In this document: positions 57,880 through 64,000 of the stretch, piece after piece
How the letters are laid out: the number at the start of each line of letters is the position of its first letter
How positions within the stretch are numbered: position 1 is the stretch's first letter
Source: Planctomycetota bacterium
GTDB lineage: Bacteria > Planctomycetota > PLA2 > JAEUHO01
Direction: 5' to 3'
NCBI GenBank assembly: GCA_965222115.1
Contig: CBDCTJ010000007.1
Span: forward strand, 1,280,001 to 1,344,000
DNA: 64,000 nt
Made by a program: the position numbers and the translations under genes
The notes under the pieces: generated by a model
Seen by the model: only the letters and a program-made list of their open reading frames with translations
Database searches by the model: none
What the model was told of the DNA's origin: nothing

Positions 57880-60800
57880 ATGCGCGTCATCGTCATTGCC
57901 ACCGTACTGTTCCTCGTGCTTGTAATGTCAATCGCCTCGGCACGCGAGCCCGATTCAGAGAATGCAAGTACTTGCAGTCTGACTGTAAACGTGTTCCTCA
58001 ATGCGTCGAGAAGCAAGGGGCGCGTGTCCATCTGGAGCGAAGCAGCGTTTCCAACTGCACTGATCGACTGTCACCCTAGCACGGTTCCACCACTTCGCTC
58101 GCAAGTCACTCAAGAAGGACATCGAGTCAAGTTCAGTGGGCTCGCCGTGGGTGCGTACATGCTTGCGGCTGACATTGAAGGCTATCCACGCACCTATTTA
58201 CCTGTGCGTCTGCTAGCCTCGGGCAATCAAGTAGACGTTGATCTTACCGTTCGAGGTGGAAGTCATGAGTTTCGTGGCCGCGTCGTTTGGGGCGATGGCA
58301 AATCGTTCCAAGGCGTGGTACATGCAACGCTACGGTCAACGTGCCATACACCCGCAGAGAGTTCGTTCAGCCATTGCATGGCCGAAACCAATGAAGAGGG
58401 GGCGTTTCGGTTCGCTGGACTTGCTGCAGATCGTTACCTCGTCAGTGTGACTGCGCCGGGTCGATTCTTATCAAGCCATTCTTGGTCGATCATGATGCCT
58501 CCACCAGCGGATATGACACTGATTGCCGATGAAGGCATTGTGCGCCGCAACGTCGTCGTGGTGGATCACAAGAGCCAGCGCCCGATTCCCAACGTAGCCG
58601 TTTCTTCCACGAGTTGGCAGGGGACTCAAAGCCAGCACGCGACTGATAAAGAGGGGCGTGTATGGGTTCGTGGTGGATCGACGTTCACATTTGCCGCAAA
58701 GGGATACGCCACGTTGAGGCGAGAACTAGATGAGTTCGAAGAACCGCTTCGGGTCGCGATGGAACGAGGAGCTTCTGTACGTGGCGTTATATCGATAGAG
58801 GGCGCTGAGAGGCCTGGCCTCGAAGTCACTGTGGCCGCCATGCGAGTTCATCAGGGGGATCCCACTGAGGACGTTCACGTTACTGTGGCGAACGAAAAGG
58901 GGGAGTACAGCATCGAGGGCCTCAAGCCAGGTCGGTGGTTGATCGCAGCCATTGGAAGGAGATGGGCGAGCGTTGATGGAGGCATCGCAACGGTTGAAGG
59001 GCTACGTGATGCGGCCATTGTGTTGGAATCTGATGCGACGACGGAGCACCGCATTCACATGCGGCGTACCCTCGCGATGCACGTCAACGTACGCGATCCA
59101 AGCGGCCACCCTGTCTCGCGTGTTCGCGTCGCGGCCGTGCCTGAACAACAACTCAGGCGATTTGCTCCATTCCTCTTTCATGAGCAGCTGCGTCCGCACT
59201 TGACTGGGCAGACCAACAAGGAGGGGCGCGCCCACTTAGACACAATCCTTCCGGGCATGAACTATGTGGTTATGGCGGAGTCCGCGGACTGCAGCATGCG
59301 AACACTCAATGTCGCCAAGCCGAAAAAGGACAGGCCGCTTGTTGTCAACGTGACATTGCCGCCGCTTCGATCCATGGATGTGCTGGTGCTTGACGACAAG
59401 ACTGGACGGCCCATTCCTAGTGCCTACGTCACCGTTCGAGACGACCTGAACGTCGGTCTCGCGTGTTGGCTTACCAACCAAGCGGGGAGTGCTTCTCTTT
59501 GTTATCGCTCGAATACGCCGCTTCGAGTGGATTGTGAAAAAATTGGGTATATGGAACTGGATTCGCCCGTCACTTCCGATCCAAATGGCATGGCGACGAT
59601 TCGTCTGAAACGAAGTCTCTCGATATCGGGCGTCGTGCGTTGTCCCGAAGAAGTGAAGGGCGTCGTTGCACGGGTAAAGACCGAAACAGATTCGCCAGGT
59701 CACTTCTTCTTACGCGGGAAGACTGCGTTCGATTGTGCGCCCGCGGGGAATCGATTCGTGCTTCGCAATCTCTCTCGCGGGGTTCATCGAATGTCTGCCC
59801 AACTCAAATGGAAGGGCACTACGTTTCGCGGCACCGCGACGGCCGAAGCTGGACGCACGGATGTGGAGATTCTCCTCAAGCCGTTTCAGGTTCCGAAGCC
59901 GATTCAAGTCAGTGTTGTCGACCCCGATAGGAAACCCGTTGTTCGGGCAAAGGCGCTTCTATTCGTTGAAGGAATAGCAATGCACCGGGCACCTCGCCAA
60001 CTCACTGTGAGAGATGGCCGGCTTCGATTCGCAGTACCCAACGGTGCTACGAGGCTTGCCATTGAGATCTACGGTGCAACGGATGAGAAAAGGAACGCCC
60101 TTGGCCTAGGACCACGTGAGGTGGGTCCAATTCCGCCCAGTGCGTTTCCGAAGTTGATTACGCTTCCCGAGGGGCGACGCATCGAAGGTCGTATTGTTGA
60201 CGCGTCGGGTCGCCCTGTTGCGAATGCGCAAATCATCGCTCGGCCTAGACGTTCGTTCGAGGCACGTCGGCCCGAGCAGGCAGCCGATGCGCTATTTCGT
60301 TTTGGCGCGTCCGGCCCCAGTCATGCGAATGCGCGTTCCAACGATCGCGGAGAGTTTGTGCTTGTTGGCCTCGGAAATAAACCCTACCAATTGGATGTCA
60401 ATCCTCCCAAGGGCTTTGCGCATCCGGAGCCAGTGCCGGCCGTGTTGCCCGGCTATTCACCGCAGCGGATAGTACTCGTGTCCGCACCTACGGTCACGAT
60501 TGGGGTTGTTGACAGGAGTGGGCAACCACTCGCCGGTGCGCGCGTACTTCTTTGGTGGAAAACAAGCGAAGGGAAAGAACGGAATCATTCGTCCACGTTT
60601 GAATCAATGACGACCGACAGTAGCGGTTCGATTTCATTCTACGATTTACATCCCAAGAGACACTGTCGACTGCGTATTGATCCACCCGAAGATCGAGAAG
60701 ATCTTCAGGTGATTCGCGTAGACCAGTGGCTTCCAAGATCAAACGTATTCAGATTCAAGCGCTCCTATGAGATCGTGGGGCATGTGCGCGATCGGTCTGG

Positions 60801-61536
60801 AGAGCCCGTGGCGGGGATCCACGTTGGCATTCGAAAGGAGGCAGGTCACCTGAATCTTGTTACGACCGACGAGTCCGGAGAGTTTCGGTTTTCGGATCTC
60901 GACAAGAAGCGCTACAACATTCAAGTGAGCGACGACTTACACCGCAAACATGGGCACCTTCCTTCATTGTCGGTATTGGCGGGAATCACGGACGCAGTCC
61001 TTGAGATTGACAAACGACGTCTATTGAAGTTTCGGTACGTGCGTTCTGAGGTCGAGCGTGGTCCACCGGGAATCATGAAACAAGCCGAGCTCTGGACGGA
61101 AGACGGTGAACTCGTTGGCTCCATTGCGTTTCCGTTGGATGACGACGCTGTTCTGTTGGAACTCGAATCAAATGAATCCTACGCAGTCTTGGGCCGTGCT
61201 TCCTTCAGTGGTGCGCGCGTGTTCCGACGCGGAGTCAGGACGGGAGCGGATGTTATTGTTCTTCGAGAAGCGCGCAGCGGCACCATCCGAGGCTCGCTCG
61301 CCTTGTCGAAGGATCAGCGAATCGAGTCCGCCGAGGGATTTGCCACCTGTGGCGGTGCGAAGTTATCTGTCGACGTGAATACAAATGGGGCGTGGTCGAT
61401 CTCACACGTACCACCCGAATCGACGTGGCACGTCACCATAACGGGTCTCGTTTCGGGGCGACATGTTTTCGCTTCTGGGCGTGTTGAACTAGGAAAACCG
61501 CCCACGAATCGATGGCCCGTCACGCGGAAGAAATGA
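57880..61536 (+). CDS. Large secreted protein with multiple carboxypeptidase-regulatory-like (beta-sandwich) repeats
   Basis: Signal peptide; repeated GRVV/VD..G.PV..A.V ... T...G.F.F..L units. Confidence 0.85.
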   Translation: MRVIVIATVLFLVLVMSIASAREPDSENASTCSLTVNVFLNASRSKGRVSIWSEAAFPTALIDCHPSTVPPLRSQVTQEGHRVKFSGLAVGAYMLAADIEGYPRTYLPVRLLASGNQVDVDLTVRGGSHEFRGRVVWGDGKSFQGVVHATLRSTCHTPAESSFSHCMAETNEEGAFRFAGLAADRYLVSVTAPGRFLSSHSWSIMMPPPADMTLIADEGIVRRNVVVVDHKSQRPIPNVAVSSTSWQGTQSQHATDKEGRVWVRGGSTFTFAAKGYATLRRELDEFEEPLRVAMERGASVRGVISIEGAERPGLEVTVAAMRVHQGDPTEDVHVTVANEKGEYSIEGLKPGRWLIAAIGRRWASVDGGIATVEGLRDAAIVLESDATTEHRIHMRRTLAMHVNVRDPSGHPVSRVRVAAVPEQQLRRFAPFLFHEQLRPHLTGQTNKEGRAHLDTILPGMNYVVMAESADCSMRTLNVAKPKKDRPLVVNVTLPPLRSMDVLVLDDKTGRPIPSAYVTVRDDLNVGLACWLTNQAGSASLCYRSNTPLRVDCEKIGYMELDSPVTSDPNGMATIRLKRSLSISGVVRCPEEVKGVVARVKTETDSPGHFFLRGKTAFDCAPAGNRFVLRNLSRGVHRMSAQLKWKGTTFRGTATAEAGRTDVEILLKPFQVPKPIQVSVVDPDRKPVVRAKALLFVEGIAMHRAPRQLTVRDGRLRFAVPNGATRLAIEIYGATDEKRNALGLGPREVGPIPPSAFPKLITLPEGRRIEGRIVDASGRPVANAQIIARPRRSFEARRPEQAADALFRFGASGPSHANARSNDRGEFVLVGLGNKPYQLDVNPPKGFAHPEPVPAVLPGYSPQRIVLVSAPTVTIGVVDRSGQPLAGARVLLWWKTSEGKERNHSSTFESMTTDSSGSISFYDLHPKRHCRLRIDPPEDREDLQVIRVDQWLPRSNVFRFKRSYEIVGHVRDRSGEPVAGIHVGIRKEAGHLNLVTTDESGEFRFSDLDKKRYNIQVSDDLHRKHGHLPSLSVLAGITDAVLEIDKRRLLKFRYVRSEVERGPPGIMKQAELWTEDGELVGSIAFPLDDDAVLLELESNESYAVLGRASFSGARVFRRGVRTGADVIVLREARSGTIRGSLALSKDQRIESAEGFATCGGAKLSVDVNTNGAWSISHVPPESTWHVTITGLVSGRHVFASGRVELGKPPTNRWPVTRKK

Positions 61537-61602
61537 TCTCGCGCGCACACTTTCGTTGGACCTTCAAAGCGCGCGCATCGTTTTTGGATAGAACACGATA
61601 CG

Positions 61603-61784
61603 GCTGCGGTCGATTTCACGCAGAGGCGCTGAGCGAAAGAGGCGCAGTGGGCGACATGTCACGTTGGTAGTTGGCTGGTGCTTGAACGCTCCACTTCGCT
61701 ATGAGAGCACTGCGCCTCCGCGAACTCCGCGTGAGATCGATCTCCTACGACGAAACAGCAAGCGCACACGCTGCACGCAAAGTT
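61603..61784. repeat. Structured intergenic repeat, copy 3
   Basis: Near-identical to copy 1; outer stem TCGATTTCACGCAGAG/CTCCGCGTGAGATCGA, inner stem GAGGCGCAGTG/CACTGCGCCTC. Confidence 0.92.
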
Positions 61785-61807
61785 CTTATGGAACGTAAAT
61801 TGTAGCG

Positions 61808-61993
61808 CTAAAGAACGCCCAACAACATCAATCCACCCGCGAGCACAACAAGCCCCGCAAGTAGAGCCCATGTACCACCGCGTCGCACCCCTTCGGCCAA
61901 CGCAAATACGCCCTGAATCGTGACCGCGAAACCGCAGAGTGCGACAACGGCGCCGAGGGAGCGGATTGCGATGGAGGTTGCCAGTGCCGTCAT
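61808..61993 (-). CDS. Small 2-TM membrane protein
   Basis: ATG overlaps the AI-2E gene stop (ATGA); two hydrophobic helices. Confidence 0.6.
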   Translation of the reverse strand: MTALATSIAIRSLGAVVALCGFAVTIQGVFALAEGVRRGGTWALLAGLVVLAGGLMLLGVL

Positions 61994-63600
61994 GCTGTGG
62001 CTTCCTTCTTGCCAAAGAGCGCTTTGATCTTGGCCCATAGAGCACCAAAACTGCCGCCGTGGGCATCGGGGGGCTTCTTAGGCAGTCCTTCGATTTCGTG
62101 CAGATAGAAGAGGAAGCACGATTGAATGATGCTCATGGTGGGCACTGCGAGCAATGCACCCCACACACCGAACGAATGCTCCCCAGCGAGGAGCGCAAAG
62201 ATGATGATGACCGGATGCATGTGGGCGTTGCTGCCCATGATCAATGGATTGAGAAAGTTGGCTTCAATCAAATGAATGAACGCAATCCATGCGAGTGCCA
62301 ACACCCCGGTTGTGACGCTGTCGGTGGCCGCGATAAGCACAATCGGAATCGAGCTTGCGATGGTACCGAATACCGGAATGAGGCTCAATACGGCCGCAAT
62401 GGACGCCAGCATGACGGCGTAGGGGACTCCGAGTAGCAACAGCCCGAGATAGGTAAGTACACCATTGACGAGGCAGATAACAAGTTGCCCGCGAATTACG
62501 CCGGAAAGTCCGCGATCGATGTACTGGATTAGTGACTCGTAGGAGCGTTTGTATTTTTGAGGAGGCAGACTTGAGAAGAAGGAGGCGATCTCCTTGCGGT
62601 CCATCACGAGAAACGCTGTGATCATGAGAATCAGCAAGAATTCATAGAGCGATAGGACAATAGTTCCCGCGATCTTGACGGCGCTCTTGGCAACCTTGTT
62701 TGGCAAGTCCTCGCTATAGGCGGCGGCCTTGATTTGGATGAAGTTGCGCAGGTCGTTTGGCTCGAAATCTAGGTTGACCTTGCGCAAATTGGTGAGCAGC
62801 GGCCCCAGTAATTCTCGCTCGAAGAGCACTTCGGCGCCCTTGGCCGGTTCCCCGACGGACAACGAAATTTGGCGATCGCTCACGATCGAGCCATCGTCGT
62901 ACTTGGCAACCCCTGCTTCCAATGGATCAATGGAATCTTCCGCATCCTCCGGCGGCGGCAACGACGCATTGTCCTGTCCTGTTCGGTCGAGGATGACGGT
63001 GGCCTCGGTTTCACCGGGGGGGATGCGCACGTCATGGAGCGTGGTGTAGTTGCGCACCGAAGGTGTCAGTTCGCCTTGGCCCGGTCGCTTGGCTCGAATC
63101 GTTAGCTTGGTTCCGCGTGGCACCACAATGGTCTTGGTTCGGCGTTCGCGGACGGGTGTGGAGTCGCTGTCGCCTGACGTACTCAATGGTTGCGGCTCAT
63201 CCAGGCGAAATACGGCTCGTGCGCCGTGTTGTTTGAGCGCCCGCGAGAGCTTCGTGGCGCCCGTTCGAACTTCCGTGCCCGCCCGTGTGAGTCCCTTCCA
63301 CGCCAAAAACCCAAGTCCACCGATGACGAGCGTGTAGACCAAGACAATGATCGGCCCACGTGCCCATTTGATGCCAAACAGGCGGCTCTTCTTCACCCAC
63401 AGGACCACGGGCTCTACGAGATAGGCGAGAAAGATCGCCATGAGGAACGGAAACAGGACTTCCCGAAAGACGATGATCAGGAGCAGGAAGGCGCCCAGAA
63501 ATGTGAGCAGGATGAGGACGTTGGGGCGCCTACGCCGCGGCACATGACCGTCCGGGGGCACGCGCTCGTCGGGGGGCGGGGATGCATCTGCCTCACTCAT
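61990..63600 (-). CDS. AI-2E (PerM/TqsA) family transporter with large soluble insertion
   Basis: PFLMAIFLAYLVEP, GVIRGQL, LIPVFG, EANFLNPLIMG...HP, FGVWGALLAVP. Confidence 0.92.
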   Translation of the reverse strand: MSEADASPPPDERVPPDGHVPRRRRPNVLILLTFLGAFLLLIIVFREVLFPFLMAIFLAYLVEPVVLWVKKSRLFGIKWARGPIIVLVYTLVIGGLGFLAWKGLTRAGTEVRTGATKLSRALKQHGARAVFRLDEPQPLSTSGDSDSTPVRERRTKTIVVPRGTKLTIRAKRPGQGELTPSVRNYTTLHDVRIPPGETEATVILDRTGQDNASLPPPEDAEDSIDPLEAGVAKYDDGSIVSDRQISLSVGEPAKGAEVLFERELLGPLLTNLRKVNLDFEPNDLRNFIQIKAAAYSEDLPNKVAKSAVKIAGTIVLSLYEFLLILMITAFLVMDRKEIASFFSSLPPQKYKRSYESLIQYIDRGLSGVIRGQLVICLVNGVLTYLGLLLLGVPYAVMLASIAAVLSLIPVFGTIASSIPIVLIAATDSVTTGVLALAWIAFIHLIEANFLNPLIMGSNAHMHPVIIIFALLAGEHSFGVWGALLAVPTMSIIQSCFLFYLHEIEGLPKKPPDAHGGSFGALWAKIKALFGKKEATA

Positions 63601-63722
63601 GCCCGTACGATACGTGGCAAGCGTGGCATGGACGACGTTCTAAAGGAGGGCTGCGCACGGCCCGTTTCGAGTCACCACCGCAAGAAGGACGCACCGTGGT
63701 CTATTCCGTGACATGCCGATGG

Positions 63723-64000
63723 ATGCCTGGTCGGTTTCATGGGGTGGCGATGCTTGTATGCGTGATTGCCATGCTGAGCGCCCATGATTCGGTGTCATTG
63801 GCAAGCCCCGCGACGACACCCAGTATCGAATCCATTCGGGTGGGCCTTGCGTCGCGCAATGCCGCGCGCAGAGTCAAGGCCTTGAACCAACTCGAAGCGC
63901 GCATCGTCGCGCAGGAACAGCGTACCTCCGCGGGCGACGACGCCAATCAACGAGACGCACAGCGATTGGTTTCGCTTCGCGCTGGCCTGCGATCGTTGCT
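63723..64000 (+). CDS. Exported helical (HEAT-like) protein, 5' part only
   Basis: Open frame to the window end: MPGRFHGVAMLVCVIAMLSA...LASRNAARRVKALNQLEAR. Confidence 0.5.
   Translation, partial: MPGRFHGVAMLVCVIAMLSAHDSVSLASPATTPSIESIRVGLASRNAARRVKALNQLEARIVAQEQRTSAGDDANQRDAQRLVSLRAGLRSL

Noticed and set aside
54856-61784. Repeats as a CRISPR array or canonical integron attC sites
   Set aside because: Units are 130-180 nt separated by kb-scale genes, there is no cas or intI gene, and the ends lack RYYYAAC/GTTRRRY boxes.
61659-61807. ORFs reading through the repeat copies (e.g. 61659..62066, 54917..55312, 57587..57820)
   Set aside because: Frames are not conserved between repeat copies and no protein motifs are present; the element is best read as non-coding.

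Overview
GC-rich bacterial chromosome segment. It is most likely from a Planctomycetota/PVC organism, inferred from an ECF sigma fused to carboxypeptidase-regulatory-like domains, a DUF6288-like protein, HEAT proteins and an STK-FGE kinase. From left to right it holds a truncated multi-TM probable sensor kinase and a sigma54 response regulator, an ECF/anti-sigma pair, a 10-gene Mrp-type antiporter operon followed by an SDR and a K+-dependent membrane pyrophosphatase, HtrA, a split MscK-like channel and an OmpR/HK pair. A mixed accessory region (30.6-45 kb) follows, with a SAM-I/IV-type riboswitch-led methionine operon, tRNA-Pro(CGG) flanked by tRNA fragments, and a frameshifted ankyrin gene. 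The right part has a Ser/Thr kinase, typA, a long LOG/SLOG-family fusion, a cassette-like block punctuated by three copies of a ~130-200 nt palindromic repeat, and an AI-2E transporter with a large insert. No CRISPR, rRNA, integrase or transposase was seen. The top leads are the structured-repeat-delimited block, the ECF fusion with an internal SD+ATG, the dUTPase-fold/SLOG protein, the anti-sigma with an ARPP-1-like domain, the hairpin-interrupted tRNA relic, and recurrent leaderless promoters. All family calls are from motif recognition by eye; no searches were run.
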